Of a stretch of 64,000 nt of DNA, positions 34,301 through 52,170 are shown in pieces. The stretch spans positions 1-64,000 of the forward strand of contig DF237394.1 in NCBI GenBank assembly GCA_000708835.1. The letters are read 5' to 3'. Source of the DNA: Klebsormidium nitens (Eukaryota; Plantae; Klebsormidiophyceae). The position numbers were made by a program, and so were the translations under genes. Position 1 is the stretch's first letter, and each line of letters opens with the position of its first letter. A model generated the notes under the pieces. The model saw only the letters and a program-made list of their open reading frames with translations, ran no database searches and had not been told where the DNA came from.

Positions 34301-37144
34301 CGCGGCTTCTGGTCGAGTCAGTTATTTCGAGTTTCTCAGCGAGAGGGTCGCTCTAGGGGGAAACGACGATGGGGGCACCCTGGCAGCAGCCTCGTGCCTG
34401 CAGGGCCTGCTCAGGCTGACGTCAGCGCTTGCCGCAAGGGAGAGACTGGGCGCCACGGCAGCAGAAAGAGCAGCCGGGCCTATTCTTGCTGGACGAAGCG
34501 GTACCGCACTGGAGGCGGGGGGGGACAAAAGCAGTCTGTCCAGCATCGAGGGACAAATGATGCTATCTTTTGGCGGCCTGGCTGAGCGGCTGACTGATGT
34601 GCTGGTGCGGGGCGGCGCTTGGGAGGTGCAGGAGGAGGAGCAGCGCCCGGCGGCTGCGGGCCTGGGGCTGGGCTGGGGGCTGCCCGCCCGGGGGGTGTGG
34701 GGGGAGGGGCTGGCAGTGCGGAGAGCGAGGGCGGGGCTGCTTGCCTCGCTGTACGAGACGTTCCCGTTGAACAGCGTAGGAAAGGGAGATGTCAGTGCGC
34801 AAAGTGCTGCGGCAGTGCCGGAACCTTCCACAAGTGGACGCGACACGGCTGCAGAGGGTAAGGTCGGTGGAGCAGCCTCGAGACAGGCGATACGACGCCT
34901 CAGAGCGGCTTTGGCTGCCATCAGAACGATGGGGCCCGGGAACTTCGAGTCGGTGCTGGCGCTCCTCTCGTCCGCTATCTTGAGCACGGACGTTCTAGAG
35001 GTGCTTCTGGCCGAGGGGGGGGCTCTCCTGCAGAGCGTCCGCAGCGGCAGTCAGAGCGGTCGGGGGAGTCTGCCGAGTGCAGCGGAGGTGCGGCGGGTGC
35101 TTCTGCCCCACTTTGCTGGCCAGTGGCTCGGCCGGTGGACCGACGAATCTGACGAGGGCGGCGGTGCAGATGGTTGGGACATTGAGACGGAAGTGAACAG
35201 GCTGTTAGACGCAGACGGGACTTCCGAAAGGGCACAGGCCTCGGAAGGTCGTTCTGGTGGTTCATTATCAGGCCGCATAAACCTAGAGCCAAGTAGGACA
35301 AGTACGAGCGGACCGGGGGCAGCGCTCGCAGTTTCCATCTCCGGCCAGAAGCTTCTCCTCCCGGCTGACTGGCTACTCAGCCCCACCGCTGTCGCCGCCC
35401 AGCTGAGCTCGAGCGCCGTTTCGGAAGAAGGCAGCGGCGACATTGAGGACGGTGTGAAGCAGCTCGTGCGGGCGGGCCTGGCCCTGCTGCTCGGCTTGGA
35501 AGCGTGCGAACGTCTAGAGCGTCCCGAAGGGCAGAGCAAGGATAGCAAGAGCGGTGGACACCTTTTGGGGGTCCCGCTGGTCAGGAAGCTGCACGCGCTG
35601 AGCGAGGCGTTCCTGGCCGCAGGAGAGCTGTTCCTGGATAGCGACGTAGCGCCGCTGCTGCAGGCACTGCAGGAGCTGTATGGGCGAGAACTTCCGCCGG
35701 TTCCGGCAGATGAGAATGCTGCAAGCGCAGATGCAGCACCCGAGGCGCCTCCGAGCGACAATTCAGCAATGTCTGGCCGCCGGGATCAGCGAGCGCTCGA
35801 CTTTGCGGTGGCTACGGGGGCGCCCTACGAGGGCTTTGCCGAGGGCCTGGCGGAGCAGTTCGCGGCCACTTCGTTTGGGGACCCCGCTTTTGGCCGCCAG
35901 GTGGTGCTGCTGCTTCGAGAGGATGTGACACCTGGCGCTCTGCGATTGGTGGTCTGGAAGGCTCTGGCAGATGCACGAGCGCTGCATCTGCTACCGCCTG
36001 CCAGGGACTGCCTGGGCGATCCGCGTGCGTACCTCCCTGCTTTAGCGGTAAGCCTAGGTCCTCGTCATGCTGGCGTCACGTCTTTGATGCGCCAAGCGAT
36101 TGGACGCTGAGCAAGATAGCTGATGTTCCCGGCACTCATGTAAATGAAAACAGTCTGACGCGACTTTACGTTTTCCGATCCTAGAATCAAATGTCCAGGT
36201 CAGGAGATCATGGGCCAACGTGCATCGCAACGCTTTTGAAGTGTTATGTTGCCGCGGCTCACGGAGCCCCCTTGCTTGCATTTTCACTTGCAAGACACCG
36301 AAAAGGTCACTGTCCTGGCAGCCAGAGATGTCTGGCCGCCAACAAGCAAGCAGAGCGCAAGTTGGAACTGCAGACGAGCACCGTCTCCGTCTCTGCAGGC
36401 GGAAAAGGACGCCCTCGAGCAGTACGCGGCCGCCCTGCGTTCCGGTGCGCTCGACCGGACCATCGCCCTCGGGCCGGAGGGCATGTCCGTGACCGCTCTC
36501 ATTGCGCTGCACCATCTGGGCGCCGCCCTCGACGACACCGCAGGCCCGCCGGGTGAGAATGGGGGCCGGGGGGCCGGAAGCAGCGCCCCAAGCAGCGCAC
36601 CGGGGCCTGTTCACACCGATGACGGCGGGAGGGAGCGGCAAGAGCCCGGCGCTGCTGGCGGGGCGGAGGCGGAGAAGAAGCGCGGGGTGCAGGGGCTTGT
36701 GCAGGGCTGGCTCTGGAGTGCCGCGCAGGGCCGCTGCGATGCGGTGAGTGGGGGTGCGGAACGGGACTGGCCTTCCTCCGCTCGAGAAAGGCTGAATAAT
36801 GGATTCGTGTAGAGGCCCGCAAGGAGCGAGAGGGAGACGACAGATTGTTTTCCGGTTGAGTGTGTGTCGCTTGTCATCCTTCTTCGGCTTTTCAGCGCTT
36901 TGCTTGCGCTTGCCTGCTTAAGAATTGAGAACTCACAAATAGAGCTTTGCCTGTGCAGAACACGGTCGCTGCTTTTGTGGCGCACGCCCCGGCCTCCCCT
37001 GACTCCGTGAGCGGCAGCCGGCGCAGCAGCCGCCGCGTGGCCGCCCTTGTCGAGGCAGCGGGGGGGGACAGCACGCTCGTGTCTCTGCTGCAAGGTCTGG
37101 GGATGGTGGACCCGGGCCGGGAGTCTGCGGCAGTGACGGAATAA
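28335..37144 (+). CDS. IYO: RPAP1 / MINIYO-like RNA polymerase II-associated protein
   Basis: RPAP1_N motif IDRENRARLAGMSAAEVAAEQAELQQML...LRKRG; RPAP1_C motif RFDLDG...AERDILRSEGDPSGTGYSLQEAAKLARSTVPSQRAAAL; LDDSHATV; LIRMGILPRIRFIL; C-terminal FAATSFGDPAFGRQVVLLLR. Large exons 28335-~29010, ~29406-31396, ~33630-36048; stop at 37144. Confidence 0.88.
30058..30840 (+). repeat. Five dispersed copies of the peptide module LxRQPTP(L/M)PGAI-x10-LxxI/LxE within IYO
   Basis: Copies start near 30058, 30251, 30392, 30592 and 30749 in ORF 29177..31399. Confidence 0.95.
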
Positions 37145-39859
37145 GCTGCAGCACTGTACGAACTTATTTCTAGGTGGCTGAACGATGGGCCAGAGCCCGA
37201 CCGCGTCAAATTGCATAGCTATAGAGATGCACAATCATGCTGCTCTTCACAGCATGATTGGGAAGACTGTGGAAAGTCATACTGCTTTCCACATTAAAAT
37301 GGCTGTGGGCCCGTAGCTTCCTTCCAGGCATGGAAAGCCGTTAGAAACAGTACCAGATTACGTAGTGCCCTTGTCCGTTGTCAGATCAACAGGTCGTCGA
37401 AGTCTCTCTTGTTTCTGGGACGTACATAAGGTTTCCCTAGTCGTGAAATCTGGGTCTACCTATTGACTTTCAAATATAGTATAGCTGATAGGGAAGCAGA
37501 ACAGGCACATTAAGGACATCACCCCGTACAGACCGGTTTCCACATGGTCGCCAGTGAGTCCCGGTCCCCGCACCGCTCATTTCTAGCTCTACGGTGTCCT
37601 TGCCACTCGTTCTGCTTGGTTGCACATCCTCTGCTACGCCCAAGCGGTGTGAAGATCTCAAATCAATAATTGGTGATGCGTGGAGTGCACAACATTTGAT
37701 GATCCTGTAACAAAGTGAACATATGATCGATCTGGAGCTCGCTCGATCATATGTTCGATCTGGAGTACAACCGAGTACCACCGCATTGGAAGGTGCAGGC
37801 ATTTGTGCATGTCTCAAACGCTTCGCCGTCGGTGGCCTGCATGACACATGTGCTCCCTTATTGTGGCCCGACGAGCCATTCAAGTCTGATCGAAGATGCT
37901 CTCTTCGTACTCGCCGTTGCCAAATAGGCCATAGGCTTCTCATGGCATACATGTATGAGTGTGTGGGTCTCGGTCTTGGGGCTAGTGCATCTCAGGCTAC
38001 GCTCGCCGTCGACGTCCTACCAGCTACATTCTCAGTATCCCGGCCAAACCAATGCTGTTATCTCCAATCCTATTCACTCTCTATATTCTTGAAGACTCGC
38101 GCAAACTTTTGCTTCTACTGTGAAGGCCATATCCGGAAGATCGTAGGGAAGTGGCGGCTGGCGCTCAGTCGATTGCGCGAGCACGGCGGGCGAAGGCCGC
38201 TCTGGTAACCTGATGATGGTCATTGTCCCAAATGATTGACAGGTCAATTTGGAAACTACTAATCTACCAATAAAGTTGATGGGAACTAGGGGAATCCAAG
38301 CTCTGAGAGAGGCAATTTACGGTGCAAAAGAGAGTGTGATGCAAAGGTCCAGGATTCTTGTCAAATAGGAATGTACCATACTGCTTTTTACAAGGGATAA
38401 GGTGGTAACGATTAAGTGCACACACGCTAGCGCTAGTACACTCCAGTTGGTTTGATCCTGAATTGGGACGTCCATGAGCGGATCTTCAAGCCTGGACTCG
38501 TAAGCTGATCCGCAATATTGCACATGACAGTTGATGTCGGAAGGTGATCAACAGAGGTCATTGCGAGCGCGTGGGCAGATGTATTGTGGCCACCTGATCT
38601 GTACTTTCCTGCAACCGCTACCTCCCTTGCCTGCCACAAACACCCAAGCTGTTTCCGTGCTCAACCACGCTGCTACTACAGCCAGCAGCTAGCCGGCGAG
38701 ACGTGAGTCAATGACTCGGAGTCTCTGACTGGCGTCGTCATATTGTCCAGAGCTGCTGCCCTCAGAAGCCTAGCACATTATGCTTGGGTCCGTATATATA
38801 CAGCTGCAGAAGCAAGCGGCGGCTATCAGCATCTGCATCAGAATAGCAAAAATGGCCGTCGAATTGTTCAACACGAGTCTATCTGGTGATGAATCCAAGG
38901 CCCTGTAATGGTTCCATGGTTTGAATGGACATGAGTAGAGGCAGTGGAGCAGAATTGCCGCCACGGGGCAGCACTGAGCCACGTGAATGCGGCCAGAATC
39001 GTGTTGGTACAGCTTTTAGGGTTACAGTATGTAGGCCGGGAGAGGATATTATAATTGCGACACAGCACCCAAACTCAATTTTGAAAGCAGACGGAGTGAC
39101 CAGCCTGAGCTCGCGGAAAACGTCCGGATACTCCCTGCCGGCGACAAGGCAGCGGCAATTTGCGCTTGATGTGCGAGCCATGTGGTTCATGTGGCTCATG
39201 TGCATCACGTGAATCACCGTCTTGCATTGTACGCACGCCCTGCATGCCACATTGGAAGTCCTCAGTGCGTATGGTACGGTCACTATGACGGTACTGAGGC
39301 TAAGGTTACACCTAGTACGACCATCGGTGAGACGTGCGTGCAACATTTGTCGACAGTTGATGACTCATCATCGAGGTGCGCCATACGCCATCGATTCAAA
39401 GTCACTTGGAATAAAAATGTACCTGAACTGTCGATGAATAAAACAAGCGGTTAGGCCACGCTCCTGTGCGCGAGCTTCATTGCCCGATTGGCCCTTGAAA
39501 AAAGCCTTGTACGATGTACGAAAAGGCCGATCAGTACCGACTCAGCCCGGCCCTGTGCCGCTGCTTCCACCGAGCAAGGAAGTGATGCAGCTGCTTGGAT
39601 CACTCCTCGACGTGCTCGCACGCCGGTCGTTGTTTCAACTTGTGGCCCGTCGGCGTATTAGAACAACTCTTTGTAGGGCTCTGTACAACTTTGCAGATTT
39701 GAGTACCTAGGCATGTGAGACTTACCTAGCCGGTATATGCGTAGCACCTGAGGCCACAGTACCTTTTACCACTACATGATCAATCATCAGAGTCAAGAAC
39801 CTCAATGTACTAGACTGTAACCGTTCGTGAGTAAGGTGAACGTTGGACCAATCGGGATA

Positions 39860-40052
39860 CCGGTAACTCTCGTGTGACCTAACGGGCGTGTGACCCAAGA
39901 TACGAGTAACCCGGGCACCTCAAACTAAAAACCTAACCCAATTAATCAGCCGCTCCGCACCCCAACCCACCCTAACCACCGTACCAACCCCACCCGTCCC
40001 CCGGGTGCGTATCTTAGGTCACACGGCTCTTAGGTCACACGAGAGTTATCGG
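39860..40052. mobile_element. MITE-like element (193 bp) with ~44-bp internally duplicated TIRs and the G-rich core on the minus strand
   Basis: CCGgTAACTCTCGTGTGACCTAAcggGCGTGTGACCcAAGATACG is an inverted repeat of CGTATCTTaGGTCACACGgctcTTAGGTCACACGAGAGTTAtCGG. A flanking direct repeat CCAATCGGG(AT) lies at 39848 and 40056 (possible 9-11 bp TSD). Confidence 0.85.
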
Positions 40053-40495
40053 AGTCCAATCGGGATTGCTCTCGAACAAACTACCTAAAGCCTGAAGGAC
40101 TTGGGAGGACTTCGCAACCAATTATGCATGCGAGGAGCACTATGCAGTCAGCATCGAGCCAGTGACGGGATATGACAGCTGTTCTTCCAAGATTCCGCAT
40201 GGTCATTGATGTTGGCCGATCATGCAAGCGAGATTTACGAGGATAAAGTCCCGATAAAGCGTCACATCGAACGCCTCGAAATGTCCTGTGCCCTGGCTTT
40301 GGCATCAAGAGTCTCAATCAGATCGTGAGCTGCCTGCCACTCACTCTAAGTGCCGAAGCGCCCTCATCAAGCCACTGGAGGTGGAGGCTGCAGCTGACGC
40401 TGTGGCGAGACTTGAAGTTGCTAAGTAGATTGCATCAAGACGCTTCTTCTTTCCTGTTTCGATTCTTGATTACAGTGTAGGCGCGCTGCACCAAC

Positions 40496-43194
40496 ATGGA
40501 TGGCACTTTGCGTGACACTGCAGCGCTGGCGCCCGAGGAGCAGCCAAAGGGGCGCTCACAAGGTGAGTGCACCGGTCCGTGTTCGCTCCAAATACATGGC
40601 TGTCTGAATGATACTGCTGAGACCAAGCAGCCGAAGCTGTCTCCTGGCCCATATATCTTTAGTCAGCATCTGCACAGACCAGCCAAGGTGTGCTGCATGG
40701 CTGAGCACTCCCCAGCACTGCAAGCTCAAGCGTCGCATCATGCGGGGAGGCAAGGGAGGCTGCACTGATTGCTGCAGCATGCGGAACGCACCCATTAGCC
40801 CCTCACATTGCAGAGCAGGACGAAGCCTAGCAATCAGCAGTTAGAGATCGATGGCGCAAGGGACTGGGTTGCAAGCTGAGGCCACCTGCAGGCTTGCTGA
40901 ATGTGGCTCGTCTGGGTGCAGTCCAGCGTGTTTGTTTATGTTTGCAGCTTCGTCTTCGAGAACGCCTTCACGACTTCTGTGACGTCACTAGCTCACTTGC
41001 AAGATAAACCTTGTGCTGATATCATCAAGGACTGGGCACTGGAAAGAGGCAAACAGAAGCAATGCTGGAGCAAAGCTCAGCTCGAAGCTCGAGTTACTGC
41101 TTCTCGTTTCTCACAGAGTGCCCACTTAGCATACAAGGACTTGACATTGCTCGGGCAGCTTGAAAGCGTAACAGTCACTTGAACCTCGATAGGATCAGTT
41201 GTTGGCAACCTCCTGGGTTTGACAAAGTCGACAACGAAACCGGTCACTTGGACAAATCCTAATCTGGAACAGAACAATGAAAAAACCATGCACGAGGTGA
41301 CATCAAGCATCCAGCTTGAATAAGGGGTGCCTCTCTTCATTTCAGACACGCATCCTGTCCCTGCCCCGACCATGCACCGACTCACAAAATCGTTCAAAAC
41401 ATTAGACGGTCTGCATTACTTGAGCACCCTCCGGTGATTCGGCGCCCACTTTTCTAGCAATAGTGTTCGTTTTGCATCGACGTTTGTCTCACCCCTGCTC
41501 TGTGTGCTGTGCTCTCGCAGCTGCCCCCTCCCGCCGCCCCTCCTTCGACTTTGGGACCAGCTTCGAGGTCAGCTTTCTTGCCGAGCAGTGCTCTGCTGCC
41601 ACGTCAGGAGGCACGTGCCCCCTTCCGGAGGACCTCTTTCCGGACGTCACTGACTCCGACCACGTTCCCAGCTTCGACTTTGGCCCGGAGCGACAGGGAG
41701 GCGCCCTGTCCGTCTCGACCGGGTCCGAGGCGTTTACAATGCAAAGTCTGTCCACCAACGGGAGCTCAAGTGACGATCTGGACGAGCTGCTGACGTGGCT
41801 TGACAAAGACGGTAAGGAATACATGATGATGCTCGACCACCAGCGCAGGAAATTGGCATGAACGGCGCTTACTGCGGACTGCGCAGAGGACGTAATCGCC
41901 CGTCGGTTGCAGAGCCATTTAGTCTGTATGTCCTTGGATCCTTTTCGAGCTACATTGAGATGAGGCTGGAAGCACGTGGAAAAGCATGCAATCGGCAGAT
42001 CGCGACCAATCGAGTCGTCACTGATCCATGTGAAGCATGCGGTTGAAGTTCCAACAACGCCCACAACATTGCCAGGACATGACTTAATACAGTACACACC
42101 ACTCACTTCCATTCCGGTCGTCCATCTACATCCTTTCATTTCTTCTTTGCCAGTCCCGCTGCTGGGGTTCCGGCCGAGCGACGTGGGCGTTTCTCCTCTG
42201 CGCGGAGCAGCCGCGGAGCAGCAGGAGGTGACCTCCCCCGTTCCCTGCAGCCTCGATACTGCCTCGGAGCCGCGGCCGCGCTTCGCGGACCGCACTCCCC
42301 GACCGGAGGCGCCCGTGCCGTTGCTTCGCATCCGGATCAAGTCGCAGGCATGGACGCGGCCCGTCATTGTTGTCGCCGATCCCCCGGGCGCCGCGTTCAA
42401 GAAGCCCAGCTCCGTTGGGGTGCACTCGGTCCGGACGTTCCCCCCGACCAACACGGCCCCGCAGGCTGGCCGCTCACAGCGGAGCCCCAGCCTAGACGTG
42501 AACGGGCTGCAGAGCTGCGGCAGCACCGAGTCGTTCAAGTTCGTTGTGCCCGGCCCGACGCACGCGGTCAGCGGGGTGGCCGGCGAGGGGGGGTGTGTTG
42601 TCAAGAAAAGGCGTGCCGGCGGGCGGCACAAGAGGACGGACGCCTGGGCGGGGAAGCCTCTTCACGAGCCTCTGACTAACCCGCTCGTGGCGACTTTCAC
42701 CTCAGAAGGCGATAGCCAGCTCGAGGGGCCGAACATGGACGACGCGTTTGCGAGCTTCTCTGGGCGGGGGATTGGAGAGATCTGTGCGGCGGAGACAGCG
42801 GAGCTGGAGGGCGAGGGAAGCGAGCCAGAGTTTGTGGACAATGTCTCCAGGCGGCCCGGGCTGAGGGTGGTCCGGAGGCGAATCCACGTGGCACTTGAGG
42901 AGGACGGGGACGGCGGCGAAAGGGAGAGCCCGGGCCGGCAGGCCAAGTGGAAGCGGAAAGCACCGCGAGCTCCGCAGGTACGGTCCGCGATATGACCGCG
43001 GAAGGTGCAGGCGGCTCGTCAGATTGAAGGTTTAACTCTGGCCTTTATATTCTGTTAATCTGCTTCGTTCAAGAGCGTTTCAAGCTTGGCAGTGCGAGCG
43101 CTTACCAGCGATGTCCTTGCAGGCCCACCGCAGGGTGTTTGTCATCCCGCCGGCCATAGCCGAGGCGCCGACATCGGGGCTGGTGATCGTGTGA
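40496..43194 (+). CDS. Hypothetical, largely disordered protein (417 aa), no recognised domain
   Basis: Four phase-consistent GT-AG exons 40496-40562, 41521-41811, 42154-42977, 43123-43194 total 1254 nt, open to TGA. Contains a basic NLS-like KKRRAGGRHKR and an acidic DDLDELLTWLD. Confidence 0.6.
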
Positions 43195-44571
43195 CGCAGC
43201 ACTGAAGATCGTCGCAGAGCTAGGCGAGTGGGGCCAGTGTCCTGAGCGATCGAGCACGGCGGGGCAGATTATGTATCCCCCACCCTTTTATTGTCCATTC
43301 TCCCGTCCGCACGCTCTGGCCAATCAGTACGGTACTAGCTGCACTTACCGGTTGGAGCATCTGCTCGAACGGATACTACGGTAGGTTCTCAGATTGCACT
43401 GATGTGTTGACTGCAGGAACGACACGTTCCGGCTGTGATGCGAATGAAAGATGTAGCAACCTCGAGCAAAGTCGTTTGGCGGGCCTTAGCTGAAGGTCTA
43501 CTGCTGTACGCTTAAGCACTCAGGTTCCTTGTCCGACAACCGTGCATGTGTCGCATGATACAGGACCCTGAATATATAGTGCAGCGTGCACTGTTCAGAT
43601 TGATTGCAGCTGGCTGATTGCTGTGCGCCGGTGAGTTGGTAGCATACACGGAATTGGCCTGATGAGTCGAGTTGAAGTTTCGAAGATCCCGACTCGCGTT
43701 CGTTGCTCCTCGTGCACTCTAAAGGATGTATAGGTTCCGCAGAAACTGATGCTCAGCCGCTGTGTGCGTACATAGTCGGAGTATACTAGGTAGGGCATGC
43801 TATAACACGATCTGGATGCAATTTAGTCGCGGATGATAGAGCATAATGACGTATTGTTGACTCATAATCACAACGGTGCCACCATCAATGGAAGCGCATG
43901 GGCGGCTGCCATGAATGCAGAACTTGTAAGCCCAACTGCTGCGGAAAATGCAACTGTTGCAGAAAACGTTAAATGGGTCATAGCTCAAAGCGTGGGCCAA
44001 CATCGCATTCACATATATACTTATGCATGACAGAGCATGTCATGCCTCAATGATGGGAGTTCCAAAATTACGAGCTCCCAGCGCGCACGCCATTAGTAAC
44101 ATGTAGGCCCTGCTCATCGGTTCACTGCAACTCGAGACATCAAATATCGCAATGAGTAGGTCCAGCCTTGGGCCTGCCTTGCTGTCGGCTACTTATTGAT
44201 CTCAGTCCTTCGCAGCAGCCTAGATGAGACCTGTGCCAAATCTGGGCTGCGTCCTGTACCTCTAGACTGCAAATGCGACTCGATTACTTTAAGCAGCCCG
44301 GAATCTCGAGTCTAGCTAACCACTTGCTCGTCGACTAGCACCACCTGTGCTAGCTCTTGACATCTTGGTTGTCTGCAGAGGTACTTTGAAGTATCTCTGC
44401 CTGACCTGCTTTCTGTGGCTGTGACCGGAAACGGAAAACGAGCTAGTCTTCCATAACAGTATACAAAATGGGCTCTTAGATGAGCTCATCAACGGACTGT
44501 GCCCTATAGTGGTGCTTAGTTCTCACATGCGAGCAGAATTAACTCCCATCCTAAGTGGGTCTTGATTCCCC

Positions 44572-45721
44572 TCACCAAGGCCACTGGACTGACTGCTTGC
44601 ACACCATGTCCCCGCACCGGCAGACGGGCTTACCACCAGCCGCCCACCCATTGAAGCCTCGTTCAAGCACAAAGATCGTCGGCAGTTCAGGCGCAGCATC
44701 TCGCTGGGACTTGTCTTGACTGGCCAGAGCTTCGAGTTGCCTGTGGAGCTTGCGGGCACACGAGGGCCCGCGGACCTGGGCCAGAAGGAAATGTCAAGTC
44801 TTCATGATGGCACGAACGCAATTGGAGTGTTACTGCCCATGCCCCTTACCTGCTAGAACCTGAAAAAGTCTACGTGAACCTAGTGGAATAATTCAGATGT
44901 GACTGGACCTCTGAGTGTTGACACAAGTCACAAGGAGCAGTAATGTCGCAGAGTGCGGCAATTCTGCAGAGAAAGCAGACTGTGAAGAGATAGTTTTTCG
45001 GTCCTTCTTCTGGATTCGCAAGGTTCTTTCCTCTGTTAATACACCGCCCATTTGGGCACGAGATGCATGATTCCCATCGAAGCTGAGCCACAACGGTCAT
45101 TGCCAAGATCAGGAAACGACGTGCAATGCAAGGCGCACACCTGGCTGAGCGCGCAGTGCATGATGACAGCCTTCTTCCCCCTGATGGCTGGCCACAAACG
45201 GGGCAATGTGTCGTCAAACTCAGCACTTGCAAAGTGGAGGGACCCAGCTATGTGCCCGTCGTACTCGCGCTCATCGTCCCTGCCAGGATAGCAGGTGACA
45301 AATCAGCGAGTTGTTGGGCTGGAAGATGCGTGCACTTTTGAAGCCCATGGCTTTGCGGCTCACTTCAAGTCGATGTGATGCTGCGCTTCTTGTCTGGACA
45401 TGACTTTATGGGAGAGAGATTGGAGGAACAGATGCTTCTTCAAAAAGTATAAAGTGCAACACATTCACCAGTTGTATCAATGGTGCTCGAGTGCTTCACA
45501 CATTCCTGATTCTACAGAGCTCAAGGTGGTCTGGTCGGACTGCAAGAGCAGACTCCCTCTCGCTCCAGGACAAAGGAGCTGGACTGGGCCAGGACAGCAT
45601 ACCGGACATCGACCACCACAAAATCTCTTGCGGCCGGGTCGGCTGGCCCTGCCTTCAGCCTGTCAACCAGCTCAGCAGCGGTGGCGTACTCAATGTGCAC
45701 GTATGATCCGGCCGCTGCCAT
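44572..45721 (-). CDS. CDC25: Small CDC25-like rhodanese / arsenate reductase (ACR2-type)
   Basis: Exons 45721-45603, 45279-45141, 44775-44572 splice in frame to [19 protein letters not shown]...[25 protein letters not shown]...[18 protein letters not shown]...[27 protein letters not shown]. The HCX5R active site is intact; colinear with Arabidopsis CDC25/ACR2 as recalled. Confidence 0.93.
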
Positions 45722-45847
45722 CTATCTAAGCAAGAAAGGTCCCTCGACGGTACCACATTTGCGATCAATGGTGATGTAGCAGGCGGGCCAGGGGCGGGCC
45801 AGTCGAATGATTGCCAGGACTTGGTCACGGTAGCACCGTAGTACATC

Positions 45848-45888
45848 CTCTGCCAAGGCTCTCTGCCACAAGGCTCTCTGCCAAGGCT
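45848..45888. repeat. Minisatellite CTCTGCCA(CA)AGGCT x3
   Basis: Three tandem units of 13/15/13 bp. Confidence 0.9.
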
Positions 45889-45984
45889 CCTATCTGGCCA
45901 GATTTTCGTTTCCTGTGTCATCCATGGAGTGCCGTACCTATAGCAAAATGAGGACCGGGCGGTACGCTCAACACTAGGAGGTAC

Positions 45985-46246
45985 CGTAGCGCCATTCCCA
46001 TTCGCACTAAAACAATCCATTTTAGGCCGTTGCGAAAAAATCGAAATTAAGGTCTGGGCTTGGTGCGAAAATGCGAAGTGAAAGAAAATCCAAAACCAGC
46101 ATCGAAAGGGGCAAAACAGCCCTTAAAAACTGTAAAATGGGCTCAGTGCGAAAAAATAAAAACTATCCCATAACCTGGTGCGAAATGCCAGAACTTTAGA
46201 AATTAATTATTCGCACCAAGCTGGTGCGAATTTCAATGTCTCTACG
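45985..46246. mobile_element. Degenerate AT-rich TIR element (~262 bp), unclassified
   Basis: Imperfect TIR cGTAGcGcCATTcccATTCGCAC / GTGCGAATttcAATGtCtCTACg; several internal (G)TGCGAAA motifs; hairpin TTCGCACCA-agc-TGGTGCGAA at ~46210-46230. Confidence 0.5.
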
Positions 46247-47339
46247 AAGGTACGGTATGCCACGTGGTCTGATCGAGCAACTTGACTGGTTGTCAGTGCC
46301 ACGAGGCCAGGGACCACAGTGCACACCCCCACGCAAGTACCGTATGGGGGTTCACGCAAGTACGGTACCTAGGCATCATGTCAAAACATACATATGTGCA
46401 GTGGCGTCCGGACATCCGGTCTTCTGAATTTCCTCGGTAGGGCTGGTGGCCGGTTCTCGGAGCTCCCTGGCGAGAAGACGAGGGGCCTGGTGGCCGGTGC
46501 CCGGTTTACCTACGTCTTGACAGCCTCCAAAAGTCACAGATCTCAGAAACAATTCCGCCTATAATAATTGAAACGACCTCGTATATATGTATCTACCCTT
46601 GCCAGCCCCCTGCAAGAGATTAGGCCACATCAACCGGTCTCGAAGAAGATTGTCAAACGGGTTTTGTCAAATCGACAACTTGGGGGCCCAATCGCAAATG
46701 CTACACGTTGCCTGGCGCGTAAGTGTGGGTTAGGGCTTTCAGTTGGAAGTGCCCGGGGGCTCCTAGCTGGATACAACTTGAAGATCTGGGCCTGGGAAAT
46801 GTGAGGGAGCTGCCAAATTAAGTACCGGTACTGTGACCTAGGACACAGGTAGGTACCCAGTAGGTACCTTCGTGCCGTTCATCCAAGCGCCCAGGGCCGC
46901 GCTGGGCGATCCCTCGGGCCCGGCCCTCGTCAAATTGGTCAACCCCAGTCATAGTACACCGACTCGGTACTTACCGTCCAAATTCGACCGCCGACTCGCT
47001 TGTAGTCTTTAGAGGATGTGTCCGGTACCGTACCGCGAGGTTTATTCTGGGCATACCGGTAATTAAAAGCGGATGCCACCTGCGAAAATGCCCCTTGTAT
47101 GTGGACTGCTTGGAAAGAGAGGCGTCTGCAAGAATGCTCTGGAGTCTGGGGCGCCTCTACGGTACTTACCGTACCCCCATAATCCGCTGCCCAACGCACA
47201 GCCTGGGCGTGAAAGCACGCGTTGCATCTTGACAGCTCTGACGGCTGCACAGGTAGGCTCGAAGCCGAAGATTTACCTCGAGGTGTGCTGCTGCTAAAAG
47301 TGGGGTGTGGTCTTTTTTGCACCTCAAGGCCACAGCATA

Positions 47340-52170
<4,831 letters not shown>

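Noticed and set aside
39755-39775. CCTTTTACC resembling U5 snRNA loop I
   Set aside because: No flanking stem, Sm site or U5-like context.
41489-42631. 380-aa minus-strand ORF and other long antisense ORFs over IYO, CYP and EamA
   Set aside because: These are shadow ORFs opposite GC-rich coding exons, with no recognisable motifs.
45848-45888. Short repeats here and at 22702-22740 or 22870-22905 as CRISPR-like arrays
   Set aside because: Eukaryotic context, tandem units without unique spacers, and no cas genes.
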